Below are positions 9,038 to 17,593 of a stretch of DNA of 64,000 nucleotides, in pieces; position 1 is the first letter of the stretch, and every line of letters starts with the position of its first letter. The position numbers were made by a program, and so were the translations under genes. Where the stretch lies: NCBI GenBank assembly GCA_964534445.1, contig CAZHOE010000006.1, positions 1,795 through 65,794 of the forward strand. Reading direction: 5' to 3'. The stretch is from an uncultured Micavibrio sp. GTDB lineage: Bacteria; Pseudomonadota; Alphaproteobacteria; Micavibrionales; UBA2020. The notes under the pieces are model-generated. The model saw only the letters and a program-made list of their open reading frames with translations, was not told where the DNA came from and did not search any database.

Positions 9038-9930
9038 GTGTTATATGCCTTTGTCTGTAAGCCGGGCTTATCGACGGGTTTGTCGAACTTGCGTTCCGCC
9101 TGCATTTCCGTCACCAGCGCCGTCACTTCGCGCAGGGCAGCGCGCAGCTCTTTCACTTCGCGCGACAGGCTTTCAACGGTCGGCGGTGCCTCGTCTGCGG
9201 CAACCTGCGGCTGAATGTCCTGCTGCAACCCATCGAGATAAAGATAAATATTATGCGTGCCCAGATCCTGCGCCGCTTTCAACGCCAGCGCCAGATCGGC
9301 GCCATGCTTTTCAACCAGATGCACGCAGACATGGCGTTTGTCGTTCTTGGCGGCCTCGCGCAGCCAGAATTCATTATTGTCACGCAAGTTGATACCTGAT
9401 GCCGCCAGCACATCCAGCGCGCCCAGTTCACTTTTCTCAACAGCCGCACCAACGACTTTATCCGGCTCCGGCAGTTTGCTTTTGACAGACAGCAGTATCT
9501 TTAAATATTCTTTTTTCTTATCGCTATCGATATCGCTATTGATCATATCCGTAACGACGGTGGCAGAAATTTTTTCTGCACAAAAATCCAGACGCCCGTC
9601 AAAAAACACATCCAGCAGTTCATATTTTTTCTCGATGCGCGCCTGTGTTGCAAAAAGGGCGACAATACCCATCGTGCCCTTCCGGTCGCGATCCAATCCC
9701 CAGTCAAGGATCTTGCCTGCATGCACATAGCCGACGATGGTATCTGCCATGCGTGGCGTCATACCGTCGATCGCTTCGGGTTTGAACAGTTCGAAAACCA
9801 GAAAATCGCTTTTCTTGCCCATCAGCTTTTCCATCAGCTCGACATCGTCTTCGCGTATGGCTTCGCGGAGCGCACCTTTTTTGGTTTGGAATATGCGGGT
9901 CAGTTTTTTCACGGTGGTCTCTCCGGACAA
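9034..9930 (-). CDS. Hypothetical protein, ankyrin-repeat-like with C-terminal coiled coil (paralog 2)
   Basis: LAASGINLRDNNEFWLREAAKNDKRHVCVHLVEKHGADLALAL aligns with paralog 1. Coiled segment SLSREVKELRAALREVTALVTEMQ. Confidence 0.6.
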   Translation of the reverse strand: MSGETTVKKLTRIFQTKKGALREAIREDDVELMEKLMGKKSDFLVFELFKPEAIDGMTPRMADTIVGYVHAGKILDWGLDRDRKGTMGIVALFATQARIEKKYELLDVFFDGRLDFCAEKISATVVTDMINSDIDSDKKKEYLKILLSVKSKLPEPDKVVGAAVEKSELGALDVLAASGINLRDNNEFWLREAAKNDKRHVCVHLVEKHGADLALALKAAQDLGTHNIYLYLDGLQQDIQPQVAADEAPPTVESLSREVKELRAALREVTALVTEMQAERKFDKPVDKPGLQTKAYNT

Positions 9931-10021
9931 ACGAAATGGATAAGGCTAAAAGCAAGCCATGGCAAAAAAGCTGTCCGCCACTCTAGGCGCGCATAGTCTA
10001 TATGTCAATGCATTATGTATA

Positions 10022-10756
10022 TTAGGGGCGTGGCGGTTTAGGGGCTTGTTTTTGCTGCGCTTTTATCACGGCACCGGCCTGTGGACGCGGCGTATCGGGC
10101 GTCAGATAGCGGGTCATCTGCCCCAGCAGACGCATGGACTCAGGCGTAATGGAGTGACCCTGGTTTTCCAGCACCACGACATCGGTTTTAAATCCCATGT
10201 CTTTGAGCAGATCATATGTTGCCCGTGCCATCGGATGGCCGGAATAGCCCTGATTTTCATGTGCCCCCGCCAAGAGCGCCACAGGCGGTTTGGATTGCGG
10301 ATCGGTCAGGCGATCCAGTGCGCCGCCCGATAAACTATACACGCCTGCAACGGGCGTATCGCGCAGCAGCCCCGCATAAAACGCGGTGGAGGCACCTTGG
10401 GAAAAACCCGCAATGATCACGCGGTCTTCGCTGATGCCTTCGCGTTTGAGCACATCATCGATATAGGCCTGAATATCGGGCATCGCCATGCGTACGCGCG
10501 CGGCTGATTTATCGTTATCGGGATTGTCCAGCATGTCTTCGACGGGAAACCAGCTGTGATAGGTATTGCCGTCGCGATCTTCGCCGATTTTGATCGGCCC
10601 GTTCGGGCAATATATTTTCGTATCAGGTAAATGCGGCGCGAGAAGATTGCCGACATGCTGCGCCATAGACGCACCGCTGGAGCCATAGCCGTGGAAAAAG
10701 ATAATAATATTTTCCGCGCGACCGCTCGGCGGGTTGACGACAACATCGTGCAGCAT
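10022..10756 (-). CDS. Phospholipase/carboxylesterase-family alpha/beta hydrolase
   Basis: IIFFHGYGSSGASM and nucleophile elbow GFSQGAS. C-terminal ENQGHSI. Confidence 0.8.
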   Translation of the reverse strand: MLHDVVVNPPSGRAENIIIFFHGYGSSGASMAQHVGNLLAPHLPDTKIYCPNGPIKIGEDRDGNTYHSWFPVEDMLDNPDNDKSAARVRMAMPDIQAYIDDVLKREGISEDRVIIAGFSQGASTAFYAGLLRDTPVAGVYSLSGGALDRLTDPQSKPPVALLAGAHENQGYSGHPMARATYDLLKDMGFKTDVVVLENQGHSITPESMRLLGQMTRYLTPDTPRPQAGAVIKAQQKQAPKPPRP

Positions 10757-10856
10757 AAAACGCGCAAACTCCGTCTTTTAAAAAGGGGTGTAAGAATACC
10801 CCATTGTAAAAGACAGTTTATCTTATGTCAACAAAACAGATGGGCGGAAAAAAGGC

Positions 10857-11510
10857 TTAAAAATCATCCGTTGTACGCATCGGGGCCGCATTGGATTTGT
10901 TATCCTGCATGCGGTTGTCCTGAATAGCCTTGGCTTCTTGAATAGCACGGCGAAACTCGATCGGCTCTTCAATCGGGGGCAGCAAGACCTCCCCCACCCC
11001 CATCCCGCGGATGAGTACCCGGCCATAGCCGAGCAAGCGGCCCAGCACGTCCTGACGCACGGAAACGCCCTCGATACGGTCGATGTTCAGCTCCCCCACA
11101 TGGCGGGCGATGAGGCCTTTTTTATAGACCAGACGCTCGGACGTGACGGCGATTTCCGTCGTCGCCTTGATAATCATCATATGCGCAAAGAAGAACAGCC
11201 CCAAAAGGAAGCAGCCCAAAATACCAAAGCGCAGCAGCGGATGCTGTGCCCACAGGATCTTCAGATAGCCGCCCTTCTCCATGACGATCGCGTTCCATGC
11301 CTGCTGATACAGCTCCGGCGGCAGTTCTGCGGAATAAGTATTGCGGATGTGGGTGGAGATTTCCCACCAGATCGCGGCATAGCCAAGTGCGATCCCCGCG
11401 GCGAGACCGAACAAAATCCAGAAAACGGCCGTCAGCGTATACATCCAGTGGAAGCGTGCCCCCATCAGGATTTCTTCGTTCGGCCCCAGTGATTGCTGGA
11501 CATATAGCAT
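10857..11510 (-). CDS. bPH_2 (YdbS/YdbT-like, DUF304) membrane protein
   Basis: N-terminal GPNEEILMGARFHWMY, two TM helices, then VTSERLVYKKGLIARHVGELNIDRIEGVSVRQDVLGRLLGYGRVLI. Paralog of 51381..51926. Confidence 0.7.
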   Translation of the reverse strand: MLYVQQSLGPNEEILMGARFHWMYTLTAVFWILFGLAAGIALGYAAIWWEISTHIRNTYSAELPPELYQQAWNAIVMEKGGYLKILWAQHPLLRFGILGCFLLGLFFFAHMMIIKATTEIAVTSERLVYKKGLIARHVGELNIDRIEGVSVRQDVLGRLLGYGRVLIRGMGVGEVLLPPIEEPIEFRRAIQEAKAIQDNRMQDNKSNAAPMRTTDDF

Positions 11511-11609
11511 GGAAAATTACCTTTTGATATGCGCGGGCATCGCGGCACACGCAACAACGCGCCGCAAGGATACCCTGTTCCCTTATGTCACATCATACTT
11601 AAGAGAGCG

Positions 11610-12695
11610 TTAATCGCCAAGACATATGCCGAGCAAACGTGCCGTATGCACCAGCGGCCCTGCGGTATCGACTTCCTGATAGCTGGCAATCGCCTCTTCG
11701 ATCGGCACGTCAAAGACGTTGCGGTTCGCCCAGCCCACCATTCTGTCAAATTTGCCCTGTTCGACCATATCCACCGCATGCACCCCAAAGGCTGCCGCCA
11801 GCAAACGGTCGGACGGGATGGGGGAAGAGCCGCGCTGCACATGCCCCAGTACCGTCACACGGGTTTCCCAGTCGGTTTTGGCGGCAATTTTTTCGCCCAG
11901 ATAATGGCCGATACCGCCGTAGCGTTTTTCGCCGCCGTGGTGTTCGACCTGCAGGCCGGTACCGTCCACCGTCTTGACGGCTTCGGAAACGACGACGAGC
12001 GCGAAGTTGCGCCCTTCCTCTTCACGGACGCGCAGGATTTTTTCTGCGACCTTGTCAATGCTATAGGGAATTTCGGGGATCAGGATCACATCCGCGCCGC
12101 CGGCGATGCCGGTGGACAGCGCGATATTGCCCGCATCACGTCCCATGACTTCCAGAACCATCACACGATCATGGCTCGCGGCCGTCGGTTGCAAGCGATC
12201 CAGCGCTTCTGTTGCGACATAGACAGCCGTTTCAAAACCGACGGAACTTTCCGTCATACCCACATCGTTATCAATCGTTTTGGGAATACAGACGAGATTG
12301 AATTTTTTGCCGTTGTCCGACAGCTTGCGCAAAATCGCCATACTGCCGTCACCGCCGATACCGATCAGATCTTCGATACCCAGCTCTTTCAAACCGTCCA
12401 CGATTTCATCAGAGCGATCCTTGAGCGTGCCGTCCGGCATGGGGAATTGAAACGGGTTGCCCTTGTTGGTCGTGCCAAGGATCGTGCCCCCCAGACGCAT
12501 GACCGCGGTATCGAACATTTCCTTGGTCAGTTTTTTGTAACGCATCGGGCGCACCAGAAGACCGGCCGTACCGTCTTCGATTCCGATCACTTCCCAGCCC
12601 TTTTCCGTCGCCGCGTGTACAACCGCGCGAATGACGGCGTTCAAACCGGCACAATCGCCGCCGCTGGTCAAAATTCCGATACGTTTTTTAGCCAT
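11610..12695 (-). CDS. pfkA: 6-phosphofructokinase (ATP- or PPi-dependent; not resolved)
   Basis: MAKKRIGILTSGGDCAGLNAVIRAVV, IGGDGS and PKTIDNDV motifs. Confidence 0.85.
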   Translation of the reverse strand: MAKKRIGILTSGGDCAGLNAVIRAVVHAATEKGWEVIGIEDGTAGLLVRPMRYKKLTKEMFDTAVMRLGGTILGTTNKGNPFQFPMPDGTLKDRSDEIVDGLKELGIEDLIGIGGDGSMAILRKLSDNGKKFNLVCIPKTIDNDVGMTESSVGFETAVYVATEALDRLQPTAASHDRVMVLEVMGRDAGNIALSTGIAGGADVILIPEIPYSIDKVAEKILRVREEEGRNFALVVVSEAVKTVDGTGLQVEHHGGEKRYGGIGHYLGEKIAAKTDWETRVTVLGHVQRGSSPIPSDRLLAAAFGVHAVDMVEQGKFDRMVGWANRNVFDVPIEEAIASYQEVDTAGPLVHTARLLGICLGD

Positions 12696-12915
12696 AGCGT
12701 CTAATACCCTTCTTTATATACCGTTACATCCTGTGAAAGCCTGACTGACGGTCTTTCCGACCGTAAAAGTGCCTTTGTGCGCGCGGAAATGCAACATGAA
12801 ATACACGGCGCAAATAAAGCTTAAAAAAAAAGGCCTTTCCTGCTAGAATATCCGCGGTTTACCGACCATAGACCCTCAAAATCAGGGGGATAGCGCATAA
12901 GGATACCGGCAAGAC

Positions 12916-13122
12916 ATGCTGCCTGAAGATATTGAAGAGCTCGAGCGCATGCTCGAGCAGCTCAAAACGGAGCACCGCGATCTGGATATTGTCATCCAGC
13001 AGCTGACCGATAGCGTACCGGTAGACTTCCTGCGTTTGCAGCGCCTCAAAAAACGCAAATTGTTCTTGAAAGACTCGATCTCGAAAATCGAGAGCATGCT
13101 GCTGCCCGACATCATCGCCTAA
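12916..13122 (+). CDS. DUF465 (YdcH-like) small protein
   Basis: 68 aa. ELERMLEQLKTEHRDLDIVIQQL...LRLQRLKKRKLFLKDSISKIES is typical of the DUF465 family. Confidence 0.75.
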   Translation: MLPEDIEELERMLEQLKTEHRDLDIVIQQLTDSVPVDFLRLQRLKKRKLFLKDSISKIESMLLPDIIA

Positions 13123-13160
13123 AACTTTGCCGTCACCCTTGCAACAAAGCGGTTTTCATA

Positions 13161-13931
13161 ATGATTGCGCGCCGCCAGATCTTACGTCAGGGACTCTATG
13201 GGATGGCGAGCCTTGCTCTCTCCCCCTTCGCTTTCAGTGCGCCGCTCTCGGCAGCACCTCGCAGCATTCAGGCCGTCGCCTTTGATGCCTTTCCTGTTTT
13301 CGATCCGCGCCCCGTATTTAAAACCCTGCACGGCCTTTTTCCAGACAAGGGCGAAGCCTTACAAAAACTCTGGGTCGCCAAGCAGTTCGGCTATACGTGG
13401 CTGCGAACATCTGCCGAAAAATACAAGAACTTTTACGATATAATCGGCGATGCCCTCATGACATCCGCAGACGAGCTTGGCCTTGCGCTCTCCGCTGCGC
13501 ATAAAGACCGCCTGCTAGAAGCATATTTATCTCTGCCCGTTTGGCCTGATGCAAAAGACGCGTTGCAAAAACTCCGCGCCGCCGGATTGCGTCTGGCCTT
13601 TCTGTCGAATATGACGGAAGAGATGCTGAAAACGAATATGGCGCACAACGATATCACTGCGCTATTCGACTTCACGCTCAGCACCGATCGGGTACAGGCT
13701 TTCAAACCCGCGCCGGCCGCTTATCAAATGGGTGTAGATGCTTTCAATCTACCACAACGGAATATTGCCTTTGCCGCTTTCGCCGGCTGGGATGCCGCGG
13801 GGGCGACATGGTTCGGCTACCCGACTGTCTGGGTAAACCGCACAAGCGCTGCGGCAGAAAGGCTGGATACAAAACCTGACAAAACCTCCCCTGATCTGTC
13901 AGGGCTGCTGGACTTCGTTCTACCTACTTGA
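13161..13931 (+). CDS. Haloacid dehalogenase type II (HAD superfamily) with an N-terminal Tat-like signal
   Basis: AVAFDAFPVFD catalytic Asp motif, LSNMT, FKPAPAAY, AGWDAAGA. N-terminus MIARRQILRQGLYGMASLALSPFAFSAPLSAAP. Confidence 0.75.
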   Translation: MIARRQILRQGLYGMASLALSPFAFSAPLSAAPRSIQAVAFDAFPVFDPRPVFKTLHGLFPDKGEALQKLWVAKQFGYTWLRTSAEKYKNFYDIIGDALMTSADELGLALSAAHKDRLLEAYLSLPVWPDAKDALQKLRAAGLRLAFLSNMTEEMLKTNMAHNDITALFDFTLSTDRVQAFKPAPAAYQMGVDAFNLPQRNIAFAAFAGWDAAGATWFGYPTVWVNRTSAAAERLDTKPDKTSPDLSGLLDFVLPT

Positions 13932-14600
13932 GCCGACATCTTCTTCATCTACCAATAATGTCCGGATCAGCGGAATGGTAACCGCACGTTTTTCGACCAT
14001 GGCCTTGCGGTCAATCGTATCGACCATATCGCGCATGGCGGCAAAGGTGCGCGTCAAGCGCGGCACCATAAAGCTCACGACTTCCTGCGGCACGAAAATC
14101 TGCCGGTCGGAAAAAAGCTTGGTCAGCACAATCGCCATCAACGTGTCATCCGGCGCGCCGATCGCAACGGCGGGCGCCGCCTTGAGGCGCGATTCCAGAT
14201 CGCGTAATTCAAACGCCCATTGCGCCGGCGGTGTAGAGGCTGCCGCCAGAATATGCCCGCCGCGTTCTTTTTGCAGGTTATACAAATGCAGCAAAGATTC
14301 CTCCGCCGCCCGGTCACCGATCATCGTCTCCATATCGTCGACAATCACGGCAGCAGGTGCGGTATCGACATGGGCAGCATCATAAATGCCCGCGCCCGTT
14401 TCCTGACGCCAGACATGCAGCAAATGCGTCTTGCCCGAGGCGGCGGGGCCATGTATCAGTAACATCGGCGCCGGCCATGCTGGAAATTTATCCAGCCAGG
14501 CAATCGCCTGCGCATTGCAAGCGGAAACAAAAAAATCTTCGCGCGCGAAAGCGGCACGATGCCCCAGCTCAAACGGTAATTGTTCGGGCTTGCCCGTCAT
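13920..14600 (-). CDS. hdaA: DnaA-related regulatory protein HdaA
   Basis: QLPFELGHRAAFAREDFFVS and Walker A-like HGPAASGKTHLLHVW. 226 aa, the size and architecture of alphaproteobacterial HdaA. Confidence 0.8.
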   Translation of the reverse strand: MTGKPEQLPFELGHRAAFAREDFFVSACNAQAIAWLDKFPAWPAPMLLIHGPAASGKTHLLHVWRQETGAGIYDAAHVDTAPAAVIVDDMETMIGDRAAEESLLHLYNLQKERGGHILAAASTPPAQWAFELRDLESRLKAAPAVAIGAPDDTLMAIVLTKLFSDRQIFVPQEVVSFMVPRLTRTFAAMRDMVDTIDRKAMVEKRAVTIPLIRTLLVDEEDVGSSR

Positions 14601-15703
14601 GCTTTTTTACCGGCCGTTTTGGCGGCCGCAGTTTCCTTGCCGGTGTAATAACCGCTTTGCAGATATTCCTGCAGTGCAAAACGCACCAGTACGCCTGTTA
14701 CCGCCGCCACCGGCACGGCAACCATGACGCCCGTAAAGCCGAGCAAGGCGCCGCCCGCCATCAGGGCGAATAAAATCCACAAGGCATGCAGGCCAACTTT
14801 TTCACCCACCAGCCGCGGTGTGAGGAAATTGCCTTCCACAAACTGGCCTACGCCGAAAATACCGGCCACAATCGCAATCGGCATCAGCGCACCATCATAT
14901 TGGAACCAGGCGACAATCAGCCCCGTGGCCAGACCGATCAGCGATCCGACATAAGGAATAAAAGACAAAATCCCCGCCATAAAGCCGATAAACAGGCCGA
15001 AATTCAGCCCCGCGATCGTCAGCGCCAGTGCATAAATGGCGCCCAGTACGACGCAAACCAGTGCCTGCCCGCGCACAAAGCCGGAGAGCGCATCATCCAT
15101 CTGCTGGATGAGCTTGCGAATGGTTTTGGCATGATGGCGCGGCAACCAGCTGTCGATCTTTTGCACCATCACCGGCCAGTCGCGCAGCATGTAAAAAGAC
15201 ACCACAGGCGCGATGAACAAAATAGAGATCAGGTCAAACAACGCCATGCCGCTGTCCCAGATCTTGCGGATCGCCCCCGTCGCCCAGCCGAAAGCTGTTG
15301 CGGCAACAGATGATGCCTGCTCGCGTAAATCTTCCGGCGGTGTGGAAGACAGTTGCGCCTGTATTTTTTCAATCCAGGGAATAGCCATTTTATGCATTTG
15401 CTCGACATAGCCCGGCAGCGTCTGGGCAAAAGCAATGAACTGCACTTGCAAAATCGGGAAGGTCAACACGCCGATCAGCACAAACACTGCCACGAAAGAC
15501 AGCAGGACAATGCTGGCGCTCACCGTGCGGCTGAAACCTTTTTTGACCAGCCAACGCGTCACGGGATCAAGAAAATAGGCAACGGCAAGCCCGATGATAA
15601 AGGGCAGCAACACACCTTTCAGCAGCCAGAGCAGGCCAAAGAAAAACAGCATGCCAAAGCTCCAGAACCAGATGTGCCGCTGCAGTGTCGTGGTCATGGT
15701 CAT
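14597..15703 (-). CDS. AI-2E family transporter (PerM/YhhT-like permease)
   Basis: 368 aa polytopic membrane protein. Conserved FIPYVGSLIG and GEKVGLHALWILFALMAGGALLGFTG. Confidence 0.8.
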   Translation of the reverse strand: MTMTTTLQRHIWFWSFGMLFFFGLLWLLKGVLLPFIIGLAVAYFLDPVTRWLVKKGFSRTVSASIVLLSFVAVFVLIGVLTFPILQVQFIAFAQTLPGYVEQMHKMAIPWIEKIQAQLSSTPPEDLREQASSVAATAFGWATGAIRKIWDSGMALFDLISILFIAPVVSFYMLRDWPVMVQKIDSWLPRHHAKTIRKLIQQMDDALSGFVRGQALVCVVLGAIYALALTIAGLNFGLFIGFMAGILSFIPYVGSLIGLATGLIVAWFQYDGALMPIAIVAGIFGVGQFVEGNFLTPRLVGEKVGLHALWILFALMAGGALLGFTGVMVAVPVAAVTGVLVRFALQEYLQSGYYTGKETAAAKTAGKKA

Positions 15704-15723
15704 GTTCCCTGTCCGAAAATAAA

Positions 15724-17322
15724 TTACTGTACCAGATGCAGCGTATATACAGGCGCGCCGCCGGCCGACTGCACGGGGGTCATGCCGATGCCCTGCCCGG
15801 CCAGCGTCTGGCGCAGCATATCGACATTACCATTATACCGCAGCACAAAACGGGCGCTGTTGCGGCTGATGGCGCGGATATCCATGCGCACGGGCGGATT
15901 GGCCGTCGACAAGCGCTTTTGCACATCCATCCAGTCGCCAAAATTGCTAAAGGCAAAAGCCGCTTCCACCTGTGTGGCAATCCCGAAGCGCGTCATGGAG
16001 GTTTGATGGGGATCTTCCGCCCCTTGCGCTGCTGTCGCACCATCGTTCGCGGCCGGATAAGGCGATTCATTGACAACAAAAGCCGGACGCGGACCTTCAT
16101 ATGGCGCCTGTGAGGGAGCCTGCGGCGGCTGGTACGTATCGGCATACATGCTGCGCGGCCGCTCCGGCGGCGCATAGGTTGTGACAGACGGGTTGTTGAT
16201 CTCCGGCACGTTCAGCTGCGGGCGTGTAACGGAGCGGCTGATGTTCTCCACCGTCGCGCCGGCGTGGTTCGGCTGCGGGCGCTGCAGATAGCTGATGACT
16301 TCATACATCGCCTGCTGCCAGGCGGCATCATCGGGCTTTTCACCGACATAGGGGGTCAGCGCATTGCGGCGGCGCAGGGATTTGCCATCGTAGACATGCA
16401 TATCGATTGTCATGTAAGCGCCGGACTTATTGGCAACCGCCAGCACCACTTGCGCAACGCCGTATTGACGGCGCAGTTTTTCAATAGCGGTATAGTCACC
16501 CGTCCAGACAGCATCGGCAGATCCTGCGGAAATATCGGCGATATCCCCCATGGGGACAGTGACCTGATGCTTGCCGTTCGATGGGCGCGGCGGCGACAGC
16601 TGCCACATCTGGCGCCACGGGTTCGGATCTTCCCACAATACAGTCTTGCCTGCCATATTTTCGTAATAGGGCAAAATCAGGATGGAACCGTCATCCAGCG
16701 TCGGCGGCATCATCGCGCCCGCTGGTGTTTGCTGATTTGCCATAGCAGGATTTTGCGCCGCGCCCGGCAAGACAGACCCGCTAGCGGCGGTATCGTCATA
16801 AGTACGGCGCGGCATCACCGGTATGCTGATAAAGTTGCGCACCGCATCGCGGAAGCGGACGGTGAAGTTGGCGACATAACGCGTACTGGAAAGCTGCTCG
16901 CTTTTAATCTCGAAGTCCTGCACAAGCGTGGCAATCGTCGTATCATCCGGCATCTTCAGGTTTGCATAAGCGGATGGTGACAGGTGACGCTCGGCCAACA
17001 TACGGAAAGCAAGACGCTGCGCCTCGCCCATCGCTTCTTCCCGTGCGAGAACGGCATTCTGTGCCGTTTTATCGACAATCACATCGGTGACGATCAGCAT
17101 GCTGTCTTCCACCGCGGGCATCTGTGCCGGCCGATGACTGCGCGGCTGGCCATAGGGGTTCACTTCCGGCGAGGCGCCCTTGATCAGCTTTTCCAACGCA
17201 AAGGATGGCGCGGAAAAAGCAATTAAAAACAGCGCGATAATAAAGATTTTTAAAACATTGACGGAAGTTTTATTCAACATAAACCCAGCAATCCGGTGAA
17301 AAAGGTGTTTCGGCATGTACAA
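15724..17322 (-). CDS. Hypothetical secreted protein with Pro/Gln/Ala-rich linkers
   Basis: Signal-like VLKIFIIALFLIAFSAPSFA (the start may be MLNKTSV at 17280). No catalytic motif recognised. Confidence 0.55.
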   Translation of the reverse strand: MYMPKHLFHRIAGFMLNKTSVNVLKIFIIALFLIAFSAPSFALEKLIKGASPEVNPYGQPRSHRPAQMPAVEDSMLIVTDVIVDKTAQNAVLAREEAMGEAQRLAFRMLAERHLSPSAYANLKMPDDTTIATLVQDFEIKSEQLSSTRYVANFTVRFRDAVRNFISIPVMPRRTYDDTAASGSVLPGAAQNPAMANQQTPAGAMMPPTLDDGSILILPYYENMAGKTVLWEDPNPWRQMWQLSPPRPSNGKHQVTVPMGDIADISAGSADAVWTGDYTAIEKLRRQYGVAQVVLAVANKSGAYMTIDMHVYDGKSLRRRNALTPYVGEKPDDAAWQQAMYEVISYLQRPQPNHAGATVENISRSVTRPQLNVPEINNPSVTTYAPPERPRSMYADTYQPPQAPSQAPYEGPRPAFVVNESPYPAANDGATAAQGAEDPHQTSMTRFGIATQVEAAFAFSNFGDWMDVQKRLSTANPPVRMDIRAISRNSARFVLRYNGNVDMLRQTLAGQGIGMTPVQSAGGAPVYTLHLVQ

Positions 17323-17593
17323 AACATACGCGTACGTCCCGAAAAAATCCAGACATTCCAGAGAGTAAAATTAAAAAAATCATGTGATCGCCTAACCGCA
17401 TATTGCCCTTGGCAAAAAACATGGCTATGCTGAGAGTACTTGATAGGTTTATTGTGAAATCAATAAGATATTAACCAATACCTGCAAAAATACTAAAATG
17501 CGCGATAACGCCTGATGACAAGGTGCGATTCACGCAAAGCTCCCGGCTTTCGACAGCGGCGCACGCCGCGACGACTAAAGTCAGGAGTTTTTC

